In this document: in pieces, positions 50,398 to 61,407 of the stretch
Numbering within the stretch: position 1 is the first letter of the stretch
Layout of the letters: each line of letters starts with the position of its first letter
Origin: Andalucia godoyi And28
Lineage: Eukaryota; Protista; Jakobida
NCBI GenBank assembly: GCA_009859145.1
Contig: VRVR01000038.1
Span: 186,001 to 250,000, forward strand
Direction: 5' to 3'
DNA: 64,000 bases
Made by a program: the position numbers and the translations under genes
Notes under the pieces: model-generated
The model's input: the letters and a program-made list of their open reading frames with translations, nothing else
The model's database searches: none
What the model was told of the DNA's origin: nothing

Positions 50398-51579
50398 TCA
50401 GTGTCTTTGTTGCTTATGATCATGCTTGCCATCCGACTTGCCGTCTCTGCCAGCGTGGAATTTGTTAGCGCTGCTGCTGCTGTGAGTGTTGTCTTTCGCA
50501 TTCTCCTTACTGTCCTTTGCATGGTACGGCCTCTTTTCCTCTGGCTGCGAACCCTCAAAACCTGCTCTCTTTGCCTCTCTCCGAGCCTTGATGATTTGCT
50601 TTTGCTTCTCGCGCTGCTCATCAGCCCGTTCTCTAGCTTCTTTTTTGTTGCCTCTCTGTCGAACGGCCTTTTCGCTCTTCTTGATTTGCTTCTTGAGCAT
50701 TCGCGACGACGACAAGTCCTTTTCACCAAGCGCTCTTCTTGCCGCTTCTTCGAGTTTCTTGTCCCGAATTCCATCCTCACCCTTCATTTCACGAAGCTTA
50801 TTCTCCATCTTTTCTGCCTTTTGAAGAAGCACCTTCTTTTGCTTCAGCGATGTCCTCTGTGCGAGCGCAACTGGGGTGGAAGGCGCGCCGCCAAACTCCA
50901 CCTTTGAAAACGCCAAATCATGCACAGGCGATCGCAACGACGACGACGAATTCGAGTGATCCGAAGACCCAGACTCGCTCAGTGCCTTGCTAGCTCCAGC
51001 TTCAACAACATGTCCTTCACCGTCCTTCCGAGCCCCTGCCTGCCGAGAGCGCTTCGCAGCTCGCTTCACCGCCGCCTTGCCCTCTTTTCCATTTCCATTC
51101 TCATCGTCCTCGCCATCCTCGCCTTCCGACTCTGACGATTCCGCCGCATCTCGCTTTCGATTCGTGTGCAATGCATCCAATTTCGCCTTTAATCGCAATC
51201 GCAGTTCATCAATCGATGCTCCATAGTGCTTTCCTTCTCCCTCTGTTTTGCCATTTCTGCTGAGCACCTCATCATCCTTTGCAGCGCCTTGATTTGCCGA
51301 TTCCTTTTCAAGTGCAAATTCTTGTCTCTTTGCAGCGCTCTGTTCTTTTCGCTGTAAAGTCGCCTTTTCGACCTTGATGAGGTTCTTTTTTGCTTCTCGA
51401 GTATCCATGTTCTTTGAATTGATCAAAAACCGAGACTTGGACTCCGGAGCATCCTCTTGAGCGAGTCCGAACACGCCGCTACTCGAACTGCTTACCGACC
51501 GCAACGTCTCTGGAACACACGAAATCAGCCGGTCGAAAAACGATGCCGACGACTGCAAGCGCGAACTTGTTACACTCAT
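50398..51579 (-). CDS. SURF6: Nucleolar SURF6/RRP14 family protein
   Basis: K/R/E-rich; LRLRLKAKL, LAFSKVEF, ARRALGEK...LKKQIKK and RAGFEG. Confidence 0.8.
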   Translation of the reverse strand: MSVTSSRLQSSASFFDRLISCVPETLRSVSSSSSGVFGLAQEDAPESKSRFLINSKNMDTREAKKNLIKVEKATLQRKEQSAAKRQEFALEKESANQGAAKDDEVLSRNGKTEGEGKHYGASIDELRLRLKAKLDALHTNRKRDAAESSESEGEDGEDDENGNGKEGKAAVKRAAKRSRQAGARKDGEGHVVEAGASKALSESGSSDHSNSSSSLRSPVHDLAFSKVEFGGAPSTPVALAQRTSLKQKKVLLQKAEKMENKLREMKGEDGIRDKKLEEAARRALGEKDLSSSRMLKKQIKKSEKAVRQRGNKKEARERADEQREKQKQIIKARREAKRAGFEGSQPEEKRPYHAKDSKENAKDNTHSSSSANKFHAGRDGKSDGKHDHKQQRH

Positions 51580-51876
51580 GAAAGCAACAGCAACAACGAC
51601 AACAACAATAATGAATAATGAACAATGAACAATGAACAATGAACAATGAATAATGATAATCTAATTCCTTCTACTCGCTGCCGCACACACTCTCTACACT
51701 GTCTTTTTTAAATTAATAGGAATAATAATAAAATAAAGTAAAAGAAAAAATCGAAAAACGAAGAAAAAGCAATGCTGAATGGGGAAAACAGACGCCGAAT
51801 AAACGCGAATATCTATTGTGCTTGCATGGGATGTTAGCCAATCTGGAGTGGCGATCGGGGGATTTTTTCGAGATTG

Positions 51877-52647
51877 TTACGGCAGTTTGTCGAACGGGGT
51901 CCAGTCTTCAAAGCAAATGGGAAAGACGGTGTCGACTGCCTTTTGGGCCTCGAGTCGCGAGGAGCATGCCGGGTTGATTTCGAGGGACAGGACTGCACGT
52001 CGCTTGATGCACATCTGGTAATGTCCGCGGAATGCTCCTCCAACTTTCCCGCGCATCACTTCCTTCAAGAACGAGCAATCTCCCGACAAATTCGCGGCGC
52101 GGATCTCCGAACACGCATGGTGCGCCAGGTTGCCCCAGTCCATGTTGCGCACTCGACAGTCGTCCAGCGCATGCACCAGTTCATGTGTCAGAATATTCTG
52201 CACTCGTTCAAGCACATGTGAAAAACCACAAGAGCATAAGAGGAACCACGGTCAGCGAAAAAAAGAGGCAACAATAACAATATTTTTTTTCAGAGTTCAA
52301 CAAGCACAAAGTAAGAAAGAACGAGATCATACATTCATGGAGGATTGGTCGCGAATGCGGTCCTCACACAGCACGACGCCGAGTCCGCGCTCGTATCCTC
52401 CACCGACTTGGAGAGTGCATCGGACGCACTTGATCGCAGGCGGCGGACATCCAAACGACTGCATCGAAGCAAGCAACTGTCGTACTTCAGGATTTAACGC
52501 CTGTGCCGCACCGGACATTTGCTCGCATGATGCATGGTCCGCAGCGTTCACACTCGGCTCGTACGGACTTCGCGACAACGACGACCCGTCTTGCTGTACC
52601 ATTCCATCGTCCACACTCTCGCCACCACCACTGCCGCTGCTGCTCAT
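51877..52647 (-). CDS. ATP23: Mitochondrial inner-membrane protease ATP23; two exons (intron 52198-52332)
   Basis: A phase-0 GTATGA...GTGCAG intron joins VVLCEDRIRDQSSMN to NILTHELVHALDDCR (HExxH). Also ACSEIRAANLSGDC and CFEDWTPFD. Confidence 0.92.
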
Positions 52648-53013
52648 GTTTCGTGCATTCCAAAGATCGTACAGTGAGAAAACCCCGAAGCATCAACCCT
52701 TAAAGCCAAAAGGGAAATCAGCAATGGGGATGGGGCGGAAAGGCGGAGGCTATTGCACGATAGCAATTGCACGGTAACAGAAACCTCGGGCTCCCAGTCC
52801 CAATCTTCCCCTCCTTTCCAAACTCAAAAGGCGTCCCGATTGTCGGAAGCCGGAAATGTGCGGGACTTATCCATCGTTCCAAAGTTTCGCAACTGAAGGA
52901 CGGAACGATCGGAATCACAGAAGAAAAATAGTGCAACTGTGTGTAGTGCTCACATATTGAAATTTTAAAGGAAAACGGGTGAGTAGGCGGGAGAAAGAGA
53001 GAGAAGCAGGGAA

Positions 53014-55776
53014 ATGTACGATGTGCTTTCGTCGTATTTGAATGCGGTGGCGGCAGTGTGCTTCATTGTCTTTTTGGGCTATCTGTTCTCCGAGTTTGAC
53101 TTGATTCAGCACACACAGGCGGCGGCACTTGGCCGATTTCTGGTGTTTGTGTCGCTTCCTGCACTTGTCTTTCGCGGCACTGCATTTGTCAAACTGTCCT
53201 CCGTGGACTTTGACTTTGTCTTGCTGTTCCTTTCTGCGGTTGTGCTCGCTTATTTCCTCACTCTTCTATGCGGCCTCCTCTGGGGCCCAGCCATTCCCGT
53301 TCTCATGGACAATGTTCCGTCTTCTTCTTCTTCTTCTTCTTCTTCTTCTTCTTCTTCTTCTTCTTCTTCTTCTTCTTCTTCTTCTTCTTCTTCTTCTTCT
53401 TCTGCTGCTGCTGCTGCTGCTGCTACCACTTCTAATACACCTGCAACTTCTGCGATGACGAGTAGCAGTAGTGGTGTGAAGAAGAGTGGGAGTAGCAGTG
53501 CGAGTGCGAGTGGCAGTGCAGAGAATGATCCGTACAACTATAGCGGTGTTGGCATTGCGGAAGAGAATGGGAGTATGAATAGCAACACGAATCATAGCAG
53601 TAGTATGAATATCGATGATGGTGTTGGAGACGGGGGAGAAGAGATTGCGAGGCGATCGCGAGTAGGAATCTCAGGAATGATGGCACTGATTGTGGCGTTT
53701 CCATCAACCATTTTCCTTGGAGTGCCGATTGTCGAGGAGATTTTTGGTCACGAGTATGTCGTGTACTGCTTTTTGATTCCGTTTCTATCACAGTTCATTC
53801 TTTTTCCAGTGTCCTTTGCGTGCTTTGCAATCGAGCAGCAATATTCAAGAGATGCACGTCGAAGGAAAACTGTGATGCAGCTTGTTCCTTTTGTTCTCTA
53901 CCGCGTGTTTTCCAACCCGGTGATGATCCCCGCGGTCATTGGTCTGTTCTGCGCTGCGCTGGAGCTCCATCTGCCAAAGGCATTTGAAGTCGGATCGTCG
54001 CTTCTGGGCGATTCGGCATCGGCAATTGCGCTCTTTTTGCTTGGGTTCAACATGAGCTCAAGACCGTTTGTTGCATCGGACTGGGTCGTGTCGTCCGTGC
54101 TGATCGTTGTCAAGCAGGTGCTGTTACCAATCGTGACGTGGTCCGTCATGCTGCTTCGTTATGATATCAACTCACCGTTTGTGTCGCTGGCATTTATTCT
54201 TGCGGCTCTCCCGACTGCACAGGTCCTGTATGCAGTGTCACTGCATGCACGACTAAAACATGGCCAGGATCTGGTTTCGTCAAGCATTGTGCTGGGCATG
54301 CTTGTGTCCGTACCTCTACTCTTCTTTTCCATCCCGCTGCTCGAATACTCTTTCACAGACCTGTTCAATCCACGGCCGCTCTCCAACCACGATATCGAGG
54401 TCATTCGCTACGTCCTGTCGGTGAATGGAGGACTTGGAATGCTCGGCACCCTATTCATCTTGGTCTCAGCTGTGCTCTTTCGACCGTTCATGCTTTCGTA
54501 TCCACGACGATTCATCGTTGCGCTGTCGTTTCACTTGTTCTGCGTCACGTTCTTCTTCTGGATGGGGACCGTCGTCGGGTACGACAACCTTTATGAAAAG
54601 GATCCAGGCAGCGAGAACTTCACTGTCTACAAGCTGTGCAAGGTGCAGGCAGCAGGCATCCAGTTTTTTGGATTCGCAGCTCTCGTTTGGTTCTGTGCAA
54701 TCACACTGGATCTTTATCTTTTGATCGTCAGGAAAGTGAAGAAGCGAACATGTATGTCACTAGAAAAATGGTATCATATTGCAGCGATCACTTGCGGCGC
54801 TTCCACGACGTTTTTTGCTGCGTATGTCGATGGATTGGGCCCTGCTGGTCCGTGGTGCTGGCTCACGTCATCGGCGCTGCAGCTCGGGGCGTACTATGTC
54901 TTCATGGTCGTTCTTGGTCTTGCTGGATTCTTGTTTATGAACTCAGTGCTCCGTGCGTTCCGCCAATCCGAAATCGACACTCAGAAGTACAAGGTACGTG
55001 TCAAAAGACCTGTTGTTCTTGCGCCGATATCGTCTGCAGGAAGCGGTGTAATGTCTACCGCGGGAGCTTCTTCGTCTTCATCTGGTGCTGCCTCCTCGTC
55101 CGCTTCGTTGAACACCTCGGGGATCAGTACGGGAGCATTGGGCACAGCTGCGCATGCGGGTTCCTCTGGCGAGGCACGAAACGGTCGTCGCCGCCTCTAC
55201 TTTTTTATCCTCACGTATCTCTCTCTGTGGGTGTTCGGTGCTGGAAACCGTCTTGAGCAAGCGATTACCGGCAAGCCGACGTTCTTCATGTCCTTTGCGC
55301 ACGCGTACTTCACAGCTGCCCAGGGGTTTCTGGTCTTTTTAATCTGGGGATTGCACTTCAAGCTCCGGAAGCTTTACAGACTCTTGTTTGCTCGCATTTC
55401 CAAGAAAATGGGCATATGGGTTGCGACGTACTGTGCGTGCCTGCAACCGGTCCGTGAGTATCCGACGTTTGACGCCGCGTTTACAAGTGCGGATCCCGGC
55501 TACTATGCGTCGACAAGGGGGCAGTCTGCAGTCATTGCAAGTTCTCCGGGAACCTATGACCCACCACCGCTGTCCCAGAAGACCGAGTCTTGGAACTCCG
55601 AATCAGACGGTCTAGGAAAGCCTCTTCTCGACAATGAAGCAGGCAACGAGTTCGACAACGACGGCGACGACTACAACGATGGTGATGGTGATGGTGATGG
55701 TGATTATGATGGCCGGCGTGATGGCATTCCGATGCATCCGCTGAACAGTAATAGGCATTCTTCTCCGTATCCGTAG
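53014..55776 (+). CDS. PIN-like (AEC/Mem_trans) transporter fused to a cAMP-receptor-like 7TM GPCR domain (GPR155/LYCHOS-like, no DEP domain)
   Basis: N-terminal ~10 TM with LPALVF, LGVP, LFLLG and AALP. C-terminal 7TM with C..QA..IQFF..A..VW..AITL and GPAGPWCW. Confidence 0.8.
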   Translation: MYDVLSSYLNAVAAVCFIVFLGYLFSEFDLIQHTQAAALGRFLVFVSLPALVFRGTAFVKLSSVDFDFVLLFLSAVVLAYFLTLLCGLLWGPAIPVLMDNVPSSSSSSSSSSSSSSSSSSSSSSSSSSSSAAAAAAATTSNTPATSAMTSSSSGVKKSGSSSASASGSAENDPYNYSGVGIAEENGSMNSNTNHSSSMNIDDGVGDGGEEIARRSRVGISGMMALIVAFPSTIFLGVPIVEEIFGHEYVVYCFLIPFLSQFILFPVSFACFAIEQQYSRDARRRKTVMQLVPFVLYRVFSNPVMIPAVIGLFCAALELHLPKAFEVGSSLLGDSASAIALFLLGFNMSSRPFVASDWVVSSVLIVVKQVLLPIVTWSVMLLRYDINSPFVSLAFILAALPTAQVLYAVSLHARLKHGQDLVSSSIVLGMLVSVPLLFFSIPLLEYSFTDLFNPRPLSNHDIEVIRYVLSVNGGLGMLGTLFILVSAVLFRPFMLSYPRRFIVALSFHLFCVTFFFWMGTVVGYDNLYEKDPGSENFTVYKLCKVQAAGIQFFGFAALVWFCAITLDLYLLIVRKVKKRTCMSLEKWYHIAAITCGASTTFFAAYVDGLGPAGPWCWLTSSALQLGAYYVFMVVLGLAGFLFMNSVLRAFRQSEIDTQKYKVRVKRPVVLAPISSAGSGVMSTAGASSSSSGAASSSASLNTSGISTGALGTAAHAGSSGEARNGRRRLYFFILTYLSLWVFGAGNRLEQAITGKPTFFMSFAHAYFTAAQGFLVFLIWGLHFKLRKLYRLLFARISKKMGIWVATYCACLQPVREYPTFDAAFTSADPGYYASTRGQSAVIASSPGTYDPPPLSQKTESWNSESDGLGKPLLDNEAGNEFDNDGDDYNDGDGDGDGDYDGRRDGIPMHPLNSNRHSSPYP
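53320..53424 (+). repeat. (TCT)28(GCT)7 encoding poly-Ser/poly-Ala in a loop of the PIN-like domain
   Basis: Read directly, in frame. Confidence 0.9.
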
Positions 55777-56483
55777 ACCATCATTTTCTCTTTCATGTTC
55801 GTGGATATAACCTGTTGCTCTTGCATTGCATTTCCTGCGATCCACTGTTTCTGTGCCTCACATTTGCGCCGTTCTTCTGTTTTCCGATTCCCCGATAGCT
55901 GTCAAGGTCGACTGCACCATCGCCACGTGCGATACTTCTACCAGTATATTATACAATTGTCTAAAAGAGAGGGACACCCAGAAAGAAAGAAATAAAGAAA
56001 TAAAGAAATAAACTAATCAATATATTAATAAAGTAAATAGAGTAAATAAAGTAAATGGATAAATGAAATTATCAAGCGCGCAGAAACATAGCGGATGCAT
56101 TTCCTTTTTTGGATCCAATTGTTTGTTTGCCCGATGCCTTTTTCGTCTGCTCGCGCAGTCCACGTGGATGATCCGTGTCTTTTGCGCTGTCAAGGAACCG
56201 ACCAATTCCACGTGTCATGAACACTTCTGAGGATGCGGCAGTGATGATTGCTGTATATGTATAAACAAGAGTGAGAGTGCTGACTGCTCTTTTCTTTTCT
56301 TTCTTTTTTCTTTCCTCTGTTTCTTCTTTGGTAAGCCAACAAATCATCACTGCATTTCCACTAGCTTTTCCAGCGTTTCATACTCATCTTTTATTATTCT
56401 TTTTATATTAGTCTGTTCTTCGCTCTGCAGCAGCAGCAGGAGTACTTGTGGTAGTTGCCGTATTATTCTCTAGACAGCCAGTC

Positions 56484-57032
56484 ATGGGTCAGTGGATGTC
56501 TCGTGCATGGAATGCACTGATCAGGGAAAAAGAAGTGCGTGTTCTGATGGTCGGTCTCGATGCGGCTGGAAAGACCACGATCCTGTACAAGCTGAAGCTT
56601 GGTGATGTTATCCAGACTGTCCCAACCATCGGTTTCAACGTCGAAAGTGTCCAGTACAAGAACATCAAGTTTAATGTGTGGGACGTCGGAGGCCAGTTCA
56701 AAATCCGGGCTCTCTGGCGATACTATTTCACCGGTTCGCAGGCAGTGATCTTCGTGGTGGATACGGCAGATCGTGACCGCATTGCCGAGGCAAAGGAGGA
56801 GCTGTGGAGGCTCTTGGAAGAAGACGAACTGCGTGATGCCAGCGTCCTGGTGCTTGCCAACAAGAATGATCTGCCCCATTCGATGTCCGTTTCCGACTTG
56901 TTCGACAAGCTGGGTCTGCGAGAAGTCCGAAATCGCCAAGTGTACGTCCAAGCAACCAATGCAATTGCTGGCGATGGACTCTACGAAGGACTCGACTGGC
57001 TGGCACACTCTATCAGCAAGCGCAAACGATAG
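56484..57032 (+). CDS. ARF: ADP-ribosylation factor family GTPase
   Basis: MG start, [29 protein letters not shown] and GLYEGLDWL. Confidence 0.95.
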   Translation: MGQWMSRAWNALIREKEVRVLMVGLDAAGKTTILYKLKLGDVIQTVPTIGFNVESVQYKNIKFNVWDVGGQFKIRALWRYYFTGSQAVIFVVDTADRDRIAEAKEELWRLLEEDELRDASVLVLANKNDLPHSMSVSDLFDKLGLREVRNRQVYVQATNAIAGDGLYEGLDWLAHSISKRKR

Positions 57033-57304
57033 TGATAGCGATTTAACACGCCGCCGTTCGCCGAGTCTCTTGCTTGCTTTTGACGCTGCCATCCTGCTGC
57101 CGCCTCTGCAACCCACTACGCATTTTTTCATTTTTCCCCCCTCCTTCCTCGTACTGTAAAAAGCATGTGCATGCAACACTGGATCGTACCATGACCTCCT
57201 TGAAAATCTCTCCCGCTGAAAAGTTGGGCGCGCTGCGTTCTTTTTCAGTCGTATCTCTCTCTTTTTTGTTCTAATTATTTTCTTCTTCTCTTTCTCTCCG
57301 GTTC

Positions 57305-58747
57305 ATGTTGAAGATTGAGCTTGGATATGTCGGGTGTGTCTTGTTTCTCGCGCGATTTCTGCGCTTGTTTGCGTACGGCGTGGTAGCAGTGGTGCTGCTT
57401 TTGTATTTGTCGGCACTAGGATTCGAGTCTTCCGAGATTGGGACTCTGTTGTTCCTGACGCTGTTTGGAGACGCATTCATTACAGTTACACTGACTGCGA
57501 AGGCTGATCGATTTATCGGCAGGAAAGTGACGTTGGTGATCGGTGCAGTGCTGATGTGTCTTTCTGGGCTTGCCTTTAGTGCATTTTCCATCCTGTGGGT
57601 GCTTGTGCTGGCGGCCACAATCGGTGTCATTTCGCCTGCCGGTGGCGAAATTGGGCCGTTTCTCGCCGTCGAGCAAGCGGCGCTGACACAGATTGTTTCC
57701 AACGACAGCAGAACTGCTGTCTTTTCATGGCAGAATCTAGTTGGGGTGGGCGGCCAAGCGCTCGGTGCAGTGGTTGGATCCTGGATGGTGCAATCTCTCA
57801 TGGACGCCCATGACTGGTCCTCTTTGGACGCCTACCGAGCTTGCTTCTATGTGTACGCCTTGATCGGAGCTGGCCTTGCTCTGCTGTACATTCAGTTGCC
57901 ATCCGGTCGCATCGAAATCACTTCTGATTACGCATCCTTGGCTGCTTCAGACTCTGCAATCCGGCATTTCTCGAACAGTGACGATGCAGACGATGGTGAT
58001 GGTGGTGATGCGGATGACCGCGATGTCGGCGGTCGGCACTGCTGGTCTCTGGCGAGGATGTATGCACGTGTAGGATTACCGAACTCAGGTTCATTGGTGG
58101 CCAAAATATCGTGTTTGTTCTCGCTGGATGCATTCGCAGGAGGACTCGTTTTGCAGTCCATTCTTGTGTACTGGTTCCATATCCGCTATGGGCTTCGTCC
58201 CCAGACGCTGGGGATCATCCTCTTCTTTGTGAACTTGATCGCGGCTGGATCATCTCTGGCAGCCGTCCCGCTTTCCAAGCGGTTTGGACTTGTGAACACG
58301 ATGGTCTTCACGCACCTGCCGTCGCACGTGCTTCTTGTCATGGTTCCCCTCATGCCCAATGTCGAGTCTGCGGTTTCTGTCTTACTGCTGCGGTTCACGA
58401 TAAGCCAGATGGATGTTCCAACGCGCCAAAGCTATGTTGCAGCCGTGGTGGATCCTACCGAACGTTCAGCTGCCGCAGGAATGAACACGCTGGCCCGTTC
58501 GCTCGGTTCTGCAGTCGGTCCTCTTGTGGCCGGCTGGATGATGCAAGATCCGTCGAGCGTGTGGTTTGACATCCCGTTCTTTCTCGCCGCAGTTCTTAAG
58601 ACGATCTATGATTTGCTGTTGCGGAGAAGTTTTCTGTCCGTCAAGGCTGTGGAAGAGCGCGTTCCAGACGGGCGCAGAGAAATGATGGAGGAAATCGCTC
58701 TGGAAATCGACCAAGACGAGAACGACTCGCTCTTTGAAAAGGGTTAA
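57305..58747 (+). CDS. Major facilitator superfamily transporter
   Basis: 12 hydrophobic segments; motif-A-like ADRFIGRK and LSKRFG; QMDVPTRQSY. Confidence 0.88.
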   Translation: MLKIELGYVGCVLFLARFLRLFAYGVVAVVLLLYLSALGFESSEIGTLLFLTLFGDAFITVTLTAKADRFIGRKVTLVIGAVLMCLSGLAFSAFSILWVLVLAATIGVISPAGGEIGPFLAVEQAALTQIVSNDSRTAVFSWQNLVGVGGQALGAVVGSWMVQSLMDAHDWSSLDAYRACFYVYALIGAGLALLYIQLPSGRIEITSDYASLAASDSAIRHFSNSDDADDGDGGDADDRDVGGRHCWSLARMYARVGLPNSGSLVAKISCLFSLDAFAGGLVLQSILVYWFHIRYGLRPQTLGIILFFVNLIAAGSSLAAVPLSKRFGLVNTMVFTHLPSHVLLVMVPLMPNVESAVSVLLLRFTISQMDVPTRQSYVAAVVDPTERSAAAGMNTLARSLGSAVGPLVAGWMMQDPSSVWFDIPFFLAAVLKTIYDLLLRRSFLSVKAVEERVPDGRREMMEEIALEIDQDENDSLFEKG

Positions 58748-58842
58748 ACCTGCCGACTTTGTGTGTGTGTGTGTGTGTGTGTTCTGTTCATTCTTCTGGT
58801 ACCTTCTTCCTCTGCGCTTGCCGCTGTTGTGGTAGTTGCTGT

Positions 58843-59484
58843 TTACTGTTTGGAACGAATGAGAGAGAAGAATTCTTGGCGTGTTCGTGGATCGGATTGG
58901 AACACTCCGAGTACCGCTGACGTGACGGTGGAAGCACCCTTTGACTGCACCCCTCTCGAACACATACACATGTGCTGCGCCTCGATGACAACCGCAACAC
59001 CCTGTGGGTTCAGCGCACTGTGAATTGCATTGGCGATTTCTCGTGTCAGCCGCTCCTGAAGTTGCAATCGGCGTGCATACGCCTCTGCTACACGCGCCAG
59101 CTTGGACAGCCCGAGAACTCTATCTTGCGGAATATACCCAATATGGGCCTTCCCGAAAAACGGAACCAAATGATGCTCACACATGGAGTAGATTTCAATG
59201 TCGCGAACAATCACCATTTCATTATGGTTGTCATTGAACACTGCGCCGTTGATAATGTCCGGAACGTCCTCTTGATACCCTTTTGTGAAGAATGCCATTG
59301 CCTTTGCAGCACGCATCGGAGTCTTCAGCAGTCCTTCTCGTGTTGGATCCTCACCCATGCACTCTATAATCGTCCGATACGCAGCGGCCATTCGCTCAAT
59401 GCGCTCATCACCATTAAGCTTCGACACAGCACTCGTCGATCCCTGCTGCTCGTCATCTTCCACTGGAAAGTTTCTACTGCTCAT
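58843..59484 (-). CDS. GCH1: GTP cyclohydrolase I
   Basis: [42 protein letters not shown] and HMCMCSRG. Confidence 0.97.
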   Translation of the reverse strand: MSSRNFPVEDDEQQGSTSAVSKLNGDERIERMAAAYRTIIECMGEDPTREGLLKTPMRAAKAMAFFTKGYQEDVPDIINGAVFNDNHNEMVIVRDIEIYSMCEHHLVPFFGKAHIGYIPQDRVLGLSKLARVAEAYARRLQLQERLTREIANAIHSALNPQGVAVVIEAQHMCMCSRGVQSKGASTVTSAVLGVFQSDPRTRQEFFSLIRSKQ

Positions 59485-59753
59485 TCTTTTCTAATTATCG
59501 TGTATTGTGCAAACAAACAAACAAACATAAAAAAAAGACAGAACGACAGAACGACAGAAAGACAGAACGACAGAACGACAGAAAGACAGAAAATTATTAT
59601 TATTAATAATAATAGCAAGAATTCAACCACAAAAAACGAAACAGAGCGAAATCACTCAATCGGACAGAGCATCGGGGAAAACCGGAAGGAGGGTTGTATG
59701 CAAACTACAAGCGTTGTCAACCAACCATTCGAAACGACAGGAAAAACAAATTG

Positions 59754-61226
59754 TCAGACCTGTCTGGCTGGCGACGGGGATCCAAAGAGCCGTAGGACTG
59801 CCTGAAAGATATTTTCGCCTCGGAGCAGCAATTCCGAGGTCAGGAAGTAGACTGCTAGTCGGATGTGGCGATACTTGGTCATATCAAACGACTCGGGAAG
59901 CACTGGCACAAAAGAACAAGCAGCGGACGATGGGGGAGGATGAGAGAACATGGCCCTCAGAGTCTGCTTGACAAAATCGTCCAAAGACGGACGCGCCGCC
60001 GAGCTTGCATGCGAGTACGACGACCAAAAAGAAAACGGAGGAGACACCACATCGGGTACGCACACAAACACAGACCCCGTTGTGATGTCCATGACAAGCC
60101 CGCCGTTGATGTCCTGCACTTCGAATACCCAGTATCGCAGCGCATGTCTCAATCGTTCTTCCCTGTCTGCGATTTTCTCAAGCTTTTCATATATTCGCGG
60201 AACTCGCTGGATGTATGGATGCAAGTCTTCCGCAGCTTCGTAGTCGTCGGCATCCGGCTGATGAACACCTGACGCTACATACCCTCTGAAAGGCGTCAGC
60301 ATCAGCCACATGCACAATCGAGATAGAAATGCAAATGAAAAAGACGCCGAGTTCAAATACGGTCTGACCTTCGCTTCAGAAATCAGCTTTGAATTCAGAC
60401 CGCGAATGCCATTGCGTTGCGCAACACGCAGCACAAACGGAAGCAGCAACTGTCCAGCCGTTGCGGAAGATGGGGGTGGCACATCCTCAGTCGACGGACT
60501 GAGGAACGGGTAGACTTGATCGAAAAGGTCCACATAGCTTATCTTTGAGCCGACCTCGTTCCACGATCTCCACAGGGCAGATGGACAGGACTCCTCGACG
60601 AACCTTCCGCTTGTCTCAGAAAATATGCATCCGTCTTGCAGGCCGAAAATCAGCTGCAAATCCTCTTCTCCTCCTCGATGTGCGGACATTGCGTAATATC
60701 GGTTTCCCTGATGACCGCCATCTTCTCGGACGCGCACCGATTGCGAGAACGAGGGCGACACATTCATGATGCAGCCCATCCAAAAGAAGGCTGCCGCACA
60801 TTCCAAAAGCACAGTCTTTGAAAACCAGTCCACATCCGCAGTTGTGGTAGTCATTAATACATTGCACCATTTTTGAAAGGTAATGCCAGCTTGGGTCATC
60901 GTGTGCAGCGGATTCCTTTCGAAATGGGTCCACACTTGCAGACGCGGATGGCTCGGTTTCATCTCATACTGACGGTCTTCGAGCGAAGGTTCCTGATCTC
61001 CAGCTTCCTCTGAATTCTCATTCAAGGAAGAAAAATCTTCCCAGAAGGACCCGTAGCGGTCCGCAAACGGCCCCGTCATCAGCAAGTCCTTCCACACATT
61101 CTCGGGACACTGACCTTCTTGAAACAACGCCCTGAATGAAGTCGACAGACACATCAGGCGCGGGAGATGATCAAGTCCAAGATACAGCGCAATGCGAAAC
61201 ACCGATCCCAGAGGCAGAGTCTGCAT
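59754..61226 (-). CDS. F-box protein with uncharacterised, possibly duplicated C-terminal module
   Basis: N-terminal LPLGSVFRIALYL...LMCLSTSFR...VWKDL F-box pattern. Confidence 0.65.
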   Translation of the reverse strand: MQTLPLGSVFRIALYLGLDHLPRLMCLSTSFRALFQEGQCPENVWKDLLMTGPFADRYGSFWEDFSSLNENSEEAGDQEPSLEDRQYEMKPSHPRLQVWTHFERNPLHTMTQAGITFQKWCNVLMTTTTADVDWFSKTVLLECAAAFFWMGCIMNVSPSFSQSVRVREDGGHQGNRYYAMSAHRGGEEDLQLIFGLQDGCIFSETSGRFVEESCPSALWRSWNEVGSKISYVDLFDQVYPFLSPSTEDVPPPSSATAGQLLLPFVLRVAQRNGIRGLNSKLISEAKVRPYLNSASFSFAFLSRLCMWLMLTPFRGYVASGVHQPDADDYEAAEDLHPYIQRVPRIYEKLEKIADREERLRHALRYWVFEVQDINGGLVMDITTGSVFVCVPDVVSPPFSFWSSYSHASSAARPSLDDFVKQTLRAMFSHPPPSSAACSFVPVLPESFDMTKYRHIRLAVYFLTSELLLRGENIFQAVLRLFGSPSPARQV

Positions 61227-61407
61227 CTCCTGCCGGTTTACGGTCTGTGAAAACCGTCACTGCGGAAAACGAAAGCGTCGGACAGCAAACTCGGAAAGCA
61301 TCTCAGTTGCTGACTTGGACGGGGGCCGCTGCGGGAGAGGAGGAGAGGGAGAGAAGAGAGAGGGCAGGGGGGAAAAGATGCGGACGCAACTTAAGGTCAG
61401 CGTACAG

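Noticed and set aside
2558-55776. Cyclase, two CNBD channels, MAPK and cAR-like GPCR as a cyclic-nucleotide signalling cluster
   Set aside because: These families are highly expanded in flagellates and are separated by many unrelated genes; co-occurrence is unremarkable without synteny data.
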